Positions 38,800 to 51,815 of a stretch of DNA of 64,000 bases are shown piece after piece. Below the pieces are notes generated by a model. It did not search any database. It was not told the origin of the DNA and saw nothing but the letters and a program-made list of their open reading frames with translations. The number at the start of each line of letters is the position of its first letter. The stretch's first letter is position 1. The stretch comes from Welwitschia mirabilis (Eukaryota): NCBI GenBank assembly GCA_051453625.1, contig JBOZIK010000001.1, forward strand, positions 22,671,822 to 22,735,821, in the 5' to 3' direction. Made by a program: the position numbers and the translations under genes.

Positions 38800-41700
38800 C
38801 ATGACAACACCTAAGGCTAATGTAATCACTTAGGATTCTAATTCTCTTGAACATGCTAAATGCTATAAATCCAATGTTGTCTTTTAATGTTAGGATTCTG
38901 TATATTTGAATGAGCATCTGCCTCTTAATGATATGTGAATTCTTAGTACTAGTGCCATGAGGCAGATCACTTATAAGTGAGATTATTTTAATGATTTCAT
39001 TAAAGCACCTAGCAAAGTCTATTTGGTAGATAGAATTCTAGTTCTAATGGAAGAATATAATTCAGTTACACATGGCTTGACATCTCTTACTTCATGGATT
39101 GTGTCAAATTATCTATATGTTCCCTCATTCAGGTCTCATCTTCTTTCACTTAAAACCTTCCTGAGGGAAGATCATTCTATTTCTATGATAAAGAGATCAA
39201 TCAATATTTATAATAATGATCAAAATCTTATCATAAAGGGATACATCGATGGAAAGGTTATACATCTTTAAGATCATGTCAATATATGAGAGAGTACATG
39301 CACTAGTACTTAGAATGACATTTTCCCCTCAGTACTATGGCATTCTTGACTAGGACACTCCTACTATTTCTACATTAATTGTAATATGTAAGAATGGTCA
39401 TCAGCTTCTTTTGTTCATTCCATGGGATTTTGATAATGTGAAGCATGCATAATGGACAAAGCAACTTGAAAGATTTCGCACTAACAAAACGGTAAGTTAA
39501 TCGCAAGCATTTGCTCATTCATAGTGATTTGTATGATTGCATGCTAGTGCCTACACCCCAAGGCTTTTATTATTTTATCTCATTTATTGATAACTACTGA
39601 CAATTGACTTGGGTGTATTTTATGACTTCAAGTATAAATATTTGTAAAACTTTCAAGATTTCTAAGCAAAAGTGGAAAATAACTTAAAATGTAAGATAAA
39701 CGATTTCCACTCTAATAATGGTGATAAATTTACATCTCTAGAATTCAAGGACTTTCTTGATTTAGAAGGCATTCGACATCTAAAGACTTACCCATAAATA
39801 CCCCAATAACATGGAATTATTAAAATATTTAATTAACCCATTATGGATATGATACAATCTATTATATATTTTGATGTTTGTAAAACCTATCTCTCAAGTG
39901 AAGCTATGAGTACTGCAGTGTATCTCAATAATCACCTGAGACATTATTCCAAAAAGGGTATCTCTCCTACTAAAACATGGCATGATTACAAGCTGACTCT
40001 ACAACACCTTTTTGTATTTGGATGCAAATTCTATATCCATATTCCCAATGAACATCATAATAAGCTTGGTGCACATGCTTGTATTAACTTATTTGTTGAT
40101 TATTCATTAGGTCAAAAGAAGTATCATGTGTATGTTCTTAAGCATTGAAAAATCATTGTTTCTTATGATGTAATCTTTTTAGAAATGTCACAGAATGATT
40201 CTTAGATTAATCCTTTCAACATTCATTCTTCCTGTCACCCAGTCATGGTTTTGAGTGCTCAATCTCCTACAGTTAAGGGGAGAGATGTGTGCACCAATAC
40301 TCTAATTTCTTCTAATCAAATTGGAATGTCCATATTCCAACCTATAGGAATTGATAAATTTTATGAAACTAGCACCTATGAGCATGGTTTCAGCAATAAC
40401 TCATTGGATAGTCCTATCAAGAATGCTATAAATGCCTACACATGAAGATAAAGCACTTGGTTAGAGTCTACTCCACGCGATGTTCATGATGATGAGANNN
40501 NNNNNNNNNNCATTAGGAAAAGCTCACATACATTTATTGAGGATGATGAGGGGTTTCATTTAACTTTTGATGATAATCCAACCTTATTTAAAAAGGATAT
40601 TCGACATGATCATTGGATAAAAGTCATGAAAGAAGAGTATGATACTCTTATTGAAAATGATACTTTGGAGTTAGTTGATCTTCGATTGGGACACACTGCA
40701 TTATCTAAAAAATTGATTTCTGTGACAAATATAATGCGAGTAACATCTTTGAGAGATACAAAGATTGGCTTGTTAATATAAGCATATGATAAAATAAAGG
40801 ACTTGATTATAATGAAGTCTTTGCACCAACAACAAAAAGGGCTACTATCAAAAAAATGATTTATTTCGTAGCACAAAGAAAATGGAAGATGCATCAATTA
40901 GATGTAAAGACTACCTTCTTTCATAAAGACCTAAAAGAAGAGATCTACATAATAAAGCCAAAATGGTTTGAAGTGAAATGATAAGAATAGAAAGTGGGTA
41001 GACTAATAAAGTCTCTATATGGGCTAAAACAAGCACTAGAAGTAGGGTACACCAAGCTTAAACTATTTAAACATCATTATAGTTAGATTATGAAACTATC
41101 AAGATGTTAGTACAACATTATTTATTAAATCTAATGAAGGCATATTTACATATATAGTGTTGTATGTAGATATGCTGATTATTAGAAGCAATGAAGTTGA
41201 TATCAAAAGTTGATCTAAGTGAGGTATTCAAAATTTTTAATCTTGGATTGACTAGATTCTACCTTGGTGTAGAAATCATTTAGAAGAAAAACGAAATCTT
41301 TTTGAGTTAAAATAAGTATATTATAGATCTAATTCATAAATTTAGATTAAAAAATGCCAAAGATGCTATGAGGCCTTTGGAAAGAAATTCCAAGACATCT
41401 GCTAATGAAGACTCAGAACCCACGAATGAAACTAAATACAAAAGAATAGTAGGGAGTCCGATCTATGTAATCAACACTAGAGTAAATATCCCATTTGTTG
41501 TTGATGTGCTATTAAAATACCTTCTTGCATCAAACATCAGTCATCTAAATGCTACTAAGAGAGTATAACGAAACTTAAATAAGACCAAAAAACTTAGTTT
41601 TGACATATAAGAAAAAGTTTCAATTTGTCTTAAAGGCATACCCTGATTTTAATTTTGCTGAAGATACTAATGCTTTATTATTAACATTGGGTTAAATCAT

Positions 41701-42070
41701 GTTCTCAGGGACATCACCTTTATCTTAGTGATCAAAGTATCAAAGAACTATAGTGCAATCTTCTACTAAAATAGAATACATTACTACTTGTGAGGCATGT
41801 AAAGAGATTGAATGGCCAACAAATTTATTAGAAGCAGTAAACTTAGAGAAAAATAAGGCCACAAAGCTTTTAATCAATAATTAGTTAACAATTTGCATAG
41901 AAAACGATCTAGTACACCAGACAACATAAAACAATTTCATGTCAGAGTCCACAAAATCAAGGAACTCATCAAATTTATTCTATCTATTTAATGTCTAATC
42001 ACAGAGTACACCGTTAATACTTGCAAAATTGCTTAGTTAAGATAAGTTGTAATATTTTCAATCTAAGATT
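38800..42070 (+). mobile_element. Truncated, degenerate Ty1/copia pol (PR, GAG-pre-integrase, INT, RT, RH)
   Basis: LWHS*LGH (~39336), IHSDLY (~39517), STAVYLNN and HLFVFGCKFYIHIP (ORF 39843-40148), WKMHQLDVKT and SLYGLKQA (40880-41035), YKRIVGS (~41436). A possible 3' LTR lies at ~42246-42653 (unconfirmed). Confidence 0.85.
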
Positions 42071-43189
42071 GGAAAGACATTAAGTTTAAAAAAAAAAAAC
42101 ATATCCTTTCACATCTTAGGCTTAATTTGGCTTTTAGGATCTCTACTTGAAGCCACTCTCTATCTTAGTACTAAGGGACGTGCAATACAATTTTGACCTA
42201 GTACAATGGATTGTGTAGTACATTTAATCCTAGCATTAAGAGATGTGTAATGGGCCATAGAGTCTTATCATCTATGGGATGTGTAGTAGTAAATTGACTG
42301 CTTTTATAACAAAGTAGTTCTTTCACATGATAACTCATTTTTTAGGAAGTCTTATTGTAGGCCACATTCCTAAGGTTGTCTTAAGGGCACTCGATTTTCT
42401 TTAGAAGAGAGTGTTCCCACATTGAGGGGAGGGATTGCTAGGACATTAATAAGTTGCACCATGATAATACACTTGGGGAAGATAAAAACCATAATAGAAA
42501 CCCTAATTAGGTGTGCTTACCTATAAAATCAATCTCTGATGTCAAAATAAACGCAACAAATAAAATCATTATTTTGAAATCTAATTTCAAATTTTCTTGC
42601 TCTTTCTTACTCATTGTATTTTCCTGCATTTTCATCTAACCCTTAGGGTTATAGGTTTTTCAAGATTGGTCCTTTTACTTTTTTAAAAACCTTTACATAA
42701 AAAGTAGTTGTTTGGAAGCCAGAATGAAAAAAAAAATGTAGAAGCAAGAATGTTATGCATGTAATGCAGCTCTTATTTGGGAGAGCTAAAACTCCTATCG
42801 TTAGTGGTACACCAACCAACATAAAGCTAGACTTTTGACTTTTTCTTAAAAAAATAAGAAAGAAAAGAATACTTTTTATTCTCAATCACTATTAAATTTG
42901 TAATTCAATTCATCACCTATATTCTTTTTTTATAGTCTTTCATAGCAATGACTATAATAGGAATGTAAGAGTGTATTTTGTGAAAATCATTAGTGAGTTT
43001 ACTAATAAAATGGCAATGACTTCATCTCTCTCACGTGTGATTTTCACAAAAATGAAAACATTGACTTAAAATGAAGCATTTACATATTAATGTGTGTCTT
43101 CTAGTGCATTTACACAAGCATTTGTTCTTCTTAAAATTATATTTGTTTACAATATACTTGTAGAAGGAATTTAAAAAGGAAAATATTTA

Positions 43190-43560
43190 CAACTTCCAAA
43201 AACATATCAAAGATTCCAAAAGTTCTAAATAGCATTATTTGTAAAACATCTGAAAGCACATTCATCTCTTTAGGAGTCATAAATACAGTTATTAATAAAA
43301 CTTCTAAAAGCACATTTATCTCTTGAAGAATTGTAAATATAGTTATCAATGCACATTCATATCTTTCAGAAGTTATAAATATAGTTATTAATGAAACTTA
43401 CAGAAGCATATTGATGTGTTCCAGAATACATAAATTTAGTTATTAATAAAAGTTGTAGATGCACATCCATGTCTTTAAGAAGTTGTAAATATTGTTAGTA
43501 ATAAAACTCCTTAAAGCATATTAATGCCTTCTAAAAGTTGTTAACAAAACTTCCCGAAAG
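43190..43560. repeat. ~54-bp degenerate tandem repeat (~7 copies)
   Basis: Unit ~AAAACTTCTGAAAGCACATTCATCTCTTTAGAAGTTGTAAATATAGTTATTAAT; one copy is partial. Confidence 0.8.
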
Positions 43561-44371
43561 AACATTTTATATAATAAGCATTGTCCTACTAATATTACAT
43601 GCATCTACTACTGTCAAAAAAGACATGATTCTCGAAATATTTTTTACATTATAATATAGAGGTTTTCTACGAAATAAATTAGGTGAATTAAGGAAACCAT
43701 CAGTATTGTCCTTGTCATTGTGTAAGCTCTTTCCTCTTTTTTTAAGAAGTTAATTCGTGGAAACTATACTATGCCTATGAGATCATTAGTTTACTTGGCC
43801 GAATAAGCCTAGGGACTATGTCTAAGACATTAAAGCCCAACCTTTTTTCTTTAACGATCAAGCTAATACATAGCAAGACGTACCATAGTTACTAAAGGTC
43901 ATGGGTTTGAACCTTTAAATATCTAACTCACACACTTCTAAACCTTAGACATGCATTAACTTGTGGACATAAAGTTAACCAATTCACCTGCCTATTTAAT
44001 TTACAGGATAAGAAAATATATGTAAACATAACCAAACTTTTAGAGGATGAAATTCAAAGGCAAATTCAACATGAAAACAGGAAAAGTGGAAATTACAGTT
44101 CCTTACAGCGTGGAGGGAGGGCGTGATGCGTAATTCTTCTTTAAAAAATGTATGGCTGATAGGAGCAGCCGAGTTGCAGAAGGACCTAGATGTTGGCATC
44201 ACCTCAGAACCCCACCTCCTTTTCATGCAGTCAGTGTCTTCCATTTGAGCTTCGATATTCAATCAAAGCTTATAGAGTGTGCTCTCTGATGAGTCGGATG
44301 AACCTTCTGGAGACTCTTGGGAATCTCCTTTGGATCATCTTTACACGTATCTCTTGACATGGAATCCTTGG

Positions 44372-44391
44372 TATCCATACCTCTATATAAA
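44372..44391 (+). promoter_or_regulatory. Core promoter of the SIP gene: TATA box with adjacent TATCCA element
   Basis: TATATAAA at 44384-44391, ~47 nt before the ATG. TATCCA at 44372-44377. ACGT core at ~44345. Confidence 0.55.
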
Positions 44392-44437
44392 TGGCCACTA
44401 GAAAAGAAGCACCTCAGATTATTGGAATTGTCCAGAT

Positions 44438-47400
44438 ATGGCAGTTCAGTCGGAGATTGAAATTATAGAAGGAACGCTTACAGTTAGAGGAAAAGCAGTA
44501 TTGAGAGATGTTCCTTGCAATGTTTCTGTCAAACCCATTCCTGATTGCACTTCCGTTTTTGTGGGTGCTTCTTCTGCAACTCCTTTTTCTCGCTGTGTCT
44601 TCTGTCTTGGAACCCTCCAGTACGACTTATCTTTTCCTCTGAGTCTTTTCTGCTCTTCACTCGCCATTACTGTTGGTTTCGTGTTGATGGGATGAATTGC
44701 TTTGTTGTTGCAGGGGATTCCGAGTGCTGTCATTGTTCAGATTCAAGATATGGTGGATGATTCCCTTCGTTGGAAAGTCTGGGAAAGACATTCCAGTTGA
44801 ATCCCAAATGGTGTTGTTGGAGGTAAAGACCTCTGTGAATGCAAGTAATAGCACAGAGGGTTCTGTGTTTTATGTATTGTTTTTGCCAACATTAGACGGA
44901 CTCTTCAGATCTTCTCTCCAAGGAAATTCGGAAGAACACTTGGAACTCTGCATCGAAAGCGGTAGACAATCCTTACTTGATTGCCTGTATCATGCTTTTC
45001 AGCTGTTTACTGAATTACAGCACATTTCCCTGTCTGTAAAATGCTTCTGAGTCATGGCGGGAGTCCATTATATGCTTCTTTTGTGTTCTTTTCAGGGGAC
45101 GCTGACGTCCAGACAACACAATCCTTGGAAGCAGTTTTAGTGAATGCAGGGGACGATCCTTACAACCTCATTGAAGACTCTGTCAAGTAAGAAAACTGTG
45201 CATTGATCCCTTTTCTTAGAACAATCAACAGTGTTTTACTTGGTTTCCTTTGAATTGGTTTTTTTTTGCCCATTTACAGGCAAATTGTCTGGTTTTTCAT
45301 TTCAGAATTCTGGAGAAATATAAGGGAACGTTCGCCCATCGCCAAAACAAAAAGGTAAGACTTATTATTTCTGTTCGTTCGCTTATCCTTCTGCAAAAAA
45401 ACCCAACGTTTGATTAGCATGGATTTCTTCTGAAATTGTACAAAATGCTGAAATATCAGCTAGGGTTTCAGTCATGGGATTAGTCGTAGCTGTTCTTCTT
45501 ATACACATTGTTCTTAACCCAAAACTTAAACTGAGAGAAAGCTTCAGACTAAAATGCTTTTGTGATTAGTGCTGAAAAATCCCTGAGAAGCCTAGAAGTT
45601 TGTGACCAGGTACCTGGAATTGTGGACTGGTTTGGATGGTGCACGTGGGATGCCTTTTACACAGATGTCAATCCACAAGGAATCCATCAAGGTCTGCAGA
45701 GGTAGCTGGATCTTTTTAAACCAGTTTTTTTTCAGTTTCAGATCATCTTCGGTCATTCTTGCTTCAATGAATTGAAACTCTCATGAACTCTCTGTCATTT
45801 TCTGTGATCTGTGCCAAGAACAGTCTAATAGAAGGGGGTACTCCTGCAAGATTCCTGATAATTGATGATGGCTGGCAGGAAATAGTTAACCCCATTAAGC
45901 CGAACACACACATAGATGTTACAGATGAAAGCCACTTTGTGTCAAGGCTGATAGACACCAGGGAAAACCAGAAATTCAGAAAAGCTGATGGATCTTATGG
46001 GCTGTCTGAGGTGGTGAGCCATGTGAAAGAGACCTACAGGCTAAATTATGTGTACGTGTGGCATGCCCTTCTGGGTTACTGGGGAGGGGTCCTGCCAGAT
46101 GCTCCAAAGATGCTCAAATATGGGGCTGCAATGAAGGCGCCAATCCAGTCCCCAGGCGCTGTTGCAAACCAGATGGACATTGCCATGCAGAGTCTTCAAA
46201 AGTATGGAGTCGGATTCATTGGCCCCGACAGAATTCCAGAGCTCTACGATGATTATCACAGTTATCTTGCATCCTGTGGAATCGACGGAGTGAAGGCGGA
46301 TGTGCAGGGCGTGCTTGAGACACTTGGAAGTGGCCTCGGTGGCCGAGTATCCCTCACCCAACAATACCAGAGAGTTCTTGAGGACTCTGTTGCCAAGTAT
46401 TTTCCAGACAACGCCTGCATAGCTTGCATGAGTCACAACTCTGATTCCTTTTACAATTCAAAGAAGACTGCCATTGTGAGAGCATGTGAGGATTTCATGC
46501 CAAGAGACCCCTTATCACAGACGGTGTTTGTAGCTTCAGTGGCTTACAATAGCTTGCTTCTGGGAGAATTCATGCAGCCTGATTGGGACATGTTTCATGT
46601 AGTCCTTTAATAACTGTCGCATTTGGTTTCACAGTAGTCAAATATTCTTATTTTCAGTAAACTGATTCATGGTCTTATTCTGATGGTGGTTGCAGAGTTT
46701 TCACCCTGCAGCAGAGTACCATGCAGCAGCTAGGGCTATTGGTGGGTATGCTGTGTATGTCAGGTATGCCAAATCTCCATTTGTTTGGACATCATGAAAA
46801 ATTCAATATATGTAAACTTTTGAAGCTCAGTACTCTTTGATACGAAACTCAGAAACAATTACAGGTACTTTGACATGAAACCTGCAAATCATATTTTTCT
46901 TGACAGGAGATTAGCGTATTATTTTCATGGGTGATTCAGAAAAAGCATACAATCTTTGCATCACCATATTATGTAAAACATGCGTTCAATTTTTAATATG
47001 TTTTCTGAAGAATTTCTGATATGAAAATAATAAAGCACGCCTTTACTCCATTTTATGATCTTGTGATAACTGATGCAGAATGATTGAGTCCCATCATAGC
47101 TCTGTCTTTTAATAGTTACCTGAATTTTGATCTACAACTTAGTAAAACTCTCTCCTATGAGATGGATCTACTTGTCTACTAAGTTTTAACATCATATTTC
47201 TGCTTATTGTTTTACATGGAGTTTTTATCTTTTGAATGAAACTCCTAATAAAATTCTCCCAACTGAGATGAGCCATGGCTTACAGCTTTTGTTAAAACCT
47301 CTGCATGAAACTAGAGTTTCTTTTTCTCATCAAGGGCTCAGTGTTTCTAGCGTTTTAGTAAGAAAGCTGAAGCATGTAAATTGCCTTTCTCTGGGTGACA

Positions 47401-48470
47401 ATTTTGCAGTGACAAGCCAGAAAATCATGAGTTCAAAATACTGAAGAAACTAGTGTTTCCAGATGGGTCAATACTGAGGGCCAAGAATCCAGGAAGACCT
47501 ACACGGGACTCTCTTTTCCAGGACGTCACAGGAGATCGTAAAAGGTACCTTGCAATCAACTTAATACTGAAGTTGCAGTCCCAATTGAGGGACTTGACTG
47601 ACTCCAGTCCATGCTTCCTTGTTGCTGTAGCTTGCTCAAGATTTGGAACATGAATGAGTGCACTGGAATTTTAGGGATTTTCAATTGTCAAGGAGCAACA
47701 TGGTCACCTGAAGCCCACTGCATTGTAGCCCCCACCTCACCAATTCCTGAAAAGATTTCAGGAAAGGTGTCTCCAACAGATATTGCAGGGATCAAAGAGT
47801 TCGCAAGCAGTACTCCTCACTGGTCTGGTGGCTTTGCCCTGTTTGCCCACAATGCAGGTCAGTCACAGCCATTGCTCTGTCATTTCCATATCCCTTCTCT
47901 TGTTGCCTCTCCTCGACCATGAAATTATTTTGCAGGTGAACTGAGGCTCTTCCTACAGGATTCAGAGACTACATCATGGGAGGTCTCCCTAGGGTCCTAT
48001 GGATCTGAGCTCTTCATTGTTGCCCCCATTCAGGTACGCAAATGGCACTTTCTTCTCAGTTTTCAATGAACATAGTTGTAATTTCTGTTGTTCAGCAGTG
48101 CGTTCTGATGAAGGATTGCGTTGTGGGCAAAGTCCAGGCATACAGGGAGGGTGTCGAATTTGCAGGGTTGGGATTGCTGGAGATGTACAATGGGGGAGGA
48201 GCAGTGAGAAACTTGGAGGCAAGCAAGGAAGGTAGTAGCACAAGAGTGGAGATGCAGGTTTATGGCTGTGGAAGGCTTGGAGTGTATGTATCAACAGAGC
48301 CTAAGCAATGCGTGTTGGATGGTGCCGTCGTCGGCACCGAGCAGTCTCTAAATTATGACAGTGCATCCCGCCTTCTCACATTCACCATAGAACCACCGAC
48401 ACCATTGACAACTTCTTCATATGATTTTCTTCATCAAAATCTCTTTCACCATATCATGTTTGAGCTCTGA
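44438..48470 (+). CDS. RFS2: GH36 seed imbibition protein / alkaline alpha-galactosidase (probable galactinol-sucrose galactosyltransferase 2-like), 11 exons, ~765 aa
   Basis: GT-AG exons in a consistent frame: 44438-44619, 44714-44961, 45096-45186, 45306-45354, 45610-45701, 45824-46598, 46696-46763, 47410-47544, 47631-47857, 47936-48033, 48138-48470 (total 2298 nt). Motifs [75 protein letters not shown]. These are SIP-type, not true RS5-type. The symbol is family-level only. Confidence 0.95.
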
Positions 48471-51400
48471 TGACACGCTGTAGGATGCGATGCTACTGTT
48501 TTCAATGTGTGCACCCTCCTTTTGTGGGCAAAGGGGATGCAGTGTTGGGGAAGCTGCAAATGGTGCCTCAAAACACACAAGCATTGGCGTTCCTGCAATA
48601 ACCGCAAACTTAATTCTGGATCTTAAAAAGAGTTTAGGGGCTTCTTTGCACTCTCTCAAGGTAAATGGCTGTGAAACCAGACTCAACATTTCTGTATATG
48701 CCTGCTGTTTGAAGGGGTGGTCAGGGATTAGTCTTGGTAAAAGTGCCTGGATATAACTAGCTATCGCACAGTTCTCGTTCACTCATTGCAAAATAAATTT
48801 ACATTTATATGCTTGTCAAAATGTGTCTTTCAAAATCAATGAATGGTCAAGTCAGTTGTGTTTATGTATTTTTGCATGGACTTTTGCTCCTCAAATAAGC
48901 ATGGCAAGTTTAATGCCACCAATGGCACTTTTATTTTTATTTTATTTTAATAAGTTAATTTATAGATAACTATGTCACACTTGTTGGGAAATTGGTTGGT
49001 TGGTTTATTTGGTTGACTAAAAGTTCTTGGGTGGCGCCACCTGAGAGGTTGTATCTGAACATTTAAATTTCACTTGTGATTCATACCCAAGATATTGTTA
49101 AGTTTACATTCACATGTGCTTTGTAGACATGGGGCAGAATAATGGTGCTCGTTTTTATAACATTTAGAAGAGACTTTGCAAGGTAAAAGCTTCTAAGAGT
49201 TATATCCAAAGTGCTATGGAAAAGGATTTTAGTAAGTATAGGCTTGAAGCAGTCAACCGTGTCATCCCCAAATTTATGCAACGGCATGAGAATGAGTGTG
49301 GATAAAATTATCACAACTATTGGACGATAAAGCACAAAGATATGTTTTCCTAATGTAGCTCTTTTTAGGATGCTAGATGATATTAAGTAGTCTTTTTAAT
49401 TTTGTAATATAGCTCTTTAGATGCTAGATGATATTAAGTAGCCTTTGTAAGTTGTATTTCAAATCCTTTCACATATCTATAAGCAATTTTGTTGATAGAC
49501 TATGATCACCATGTTATTTTAAAAAATTAATTTTGTTATTAGATAAATTGAATATCTATTATCATTTAATCTATCATAATTTTATTTAAACAAGATAATT
49601 TTTCTTGTAAATCAAATTGATTCTTTATTATTAGGGGGATGTCGTGCAGGAAGCTTTTAACAACTATACCTATACTTGTATAGCCATGACAATCACCCCA
49701 ATGAATAATTTAATTATGCTAAGGACTCATAGTATGCTAATCAAGTCATCCAAAGTTTCAAGCCTATGGCTTCATAAATAAAGGATAAGGTGTCTATCAC
49801 TTGGACTACCATCCCATTCATAAAATTGATCCTTTATTCTCAGTCACATATAACTGTTTTAATGATTTGTACATACAAAGATGCGTGTTCTAATGCTTGA
49901 GTGTTGTCATAAGAATGAAAAGATGGTTATGTTATAAAAGAAATCCTACCAACACGTGAAGGTAGTCTAAAACACTTCATGGTGTTGTAAATTTGATCAA
50001 TCTGAATATTGTTAAATGTATTTGCATATATTATAATGATGCATGTGCAGATACATGTAAGTAATTTTTCTTAAACAAATTGATAGTACTTTTGTGCTCA
50101 TTATCGGTCATTCATTTTGACCATTTGTGTTATGATATTGTCTTTAGGTCTCTTAACACATTGAACTCATACATTATCTATTCTAACTTTTAATCATACT
50201 CTTTTTAGCCTCTCATTATATACTATGATGTAAAAATACTTGTTTTTAGTTTAAAACTTTAGTAGCGATTACATTGATATACCAAGAAGGGCTTTTTCTT
50301 ATGATTAAGTAAGTTTAGTTTAATTTTATTATGTGATCGTTCACCCCAAAAAAATACGCTTTAGATATCGCTTGATTAGCCATGCTTTTGTTAATTTTTC
50401 CTTGTCTTGAATAAGATTTGTCACTGGCTAGTTTAACCTATTAGGCAAATATTTTAGCTTTGTATTTGTCAATTGAATCATCAAATCGTAGTTTAACGCT
50501 AAGTATTCATTTATTTTTTAAGACTTTGTATTCTTTTGCTATATCCACTTTAATCCAATACCAAGTTAATTCATCTCTACATCCATGACATCTCTTAACC
50601 TTACTTTAGTGAAGATGCTATACTACTTTGTTTATGAATATTTGACACATAAGCAACTGGATAATCTTAAATGATTTTGCCATTCATTAATTTCTTGCTT
50701 CTTGTTTTCTCAAATCCATTTCTCTCTTCTTCTCTTAAAGATTGCAACTAAGCTCTCAAGCACCTTGGTTAATTAAATGAATTGCAATCTTGTGATGCAT
50801 TAAACATTTAGGTTTTCATATTTGTATTTTCTCATTTTTCGTCGTCAATTTGCAGTGGTATGACACTTTGACAAATGAGCTCATTTCTCTTGAGCCACAA
50901 GCTCTTAGTTTATTAATTTTAACCTAAGGTAACTTATAGGGAAGAGAAATGAGATATCTAGAAAACTTTTAGTAAACAGGTAAAAAATCAATCTTTAGTT
51001 ACAATGGAAGTAGATACTTACAATGACCATGATCTTGACATATCATAAATGATGGATGTCAAATTATGTAAAAGGATACAATGAGAATTATCAAGACACA
51101 TTGCAAATGCAGAAGGAATGGATGCCAAATCATCCAAAATGATGTCAAGCCAAATGGGGAGTCAGATATATATAAATGTAGTCACATGTAGTGTTGTATT
51201 ATTTTAATACAAGAATGATCATTATTCTGGAAATTTTCATTTATGACTCTTAGTGCCTTACAAACTTTCATTACAAACTGAATGTCTTCAATCCCCTCCA
51301 CAAGATTGGAAGGTCCTCATTGTGACATAGAACTAATAACACACAAACAACCTCTAACTAGGAAATATATAACTTTGAGAGTATAGGAGTGTTTGGAGAA

Positions 51401-51815
51401 AAACCTCATCCCAAACTTAACGGTAACTAAGGTGGTTTGGATAGCAAACCAGCTAGTAATTTTCTTCTCCTTAACATAAGAGAATTTGATGTTGCGCCTT
51501 AGTAAGTTCATTTTAAACTAGTTCTAGTATTATGTGAATGTTCATTAATATATGCTTTGTTTTATTAACAAATACTCAATTCTGTGTTGTGGGCACTGGA
51601 GGTTGATTACTGGCATCTTATTGTTTGATCTGTTTACAAGATTTCTAGTAATTTTCAAATCTAAATGATGTCTTGCTTATCTTAGATTTAGCCTCATAAT
51701 TTTCTTATGTTAAATAGTTTTTCATTATCTTTTATTGAGTAGCTCCCCAAGTAATGGATGAAGATTTCAGAAATGCGTGTAACTTGTCATTCATCTCTTG
51801 ACGTTTTGATATCCA

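Noticed and set aside
43190..43560. Regularly spaced repeats as a possible CRISPR-like array
   Set aside because: Eukaryotic context; the units are contiguous degenerate tandem copies without unique spacers.
43855..43915. tRNA/SINE-like B-box remnants (GGTCATGGGTTTGAACC here, similar at ~62818) and an A-box-like rc TGGCTCAGTGG at ~6727
   Set aside because: No cloverleaf, and no matching A/B box pair, tail or TSD could be established.
46041..46436. 131-aa antisense ORF, and other ORFs overlapping SIP exons (44446-44733, 47989-48294, 47999-48235)
   Set aside because: These are shadow frames of the GC-richer coding exons and carry no recognisable motifs.
48417..48782. 121-aa minus-strand ORF and 88-aa plus-strand ORF after the SIP stop codon
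   Set aside because: No recognisable domain; the region fits a 3' UTR with AATAAA at ~48792.
51187..51341. CACTA end (TGTAGTG) or a short TGTT...AACA LTR of the old copia
   Set aside because: No partner terminus or second LTR was found in the window.
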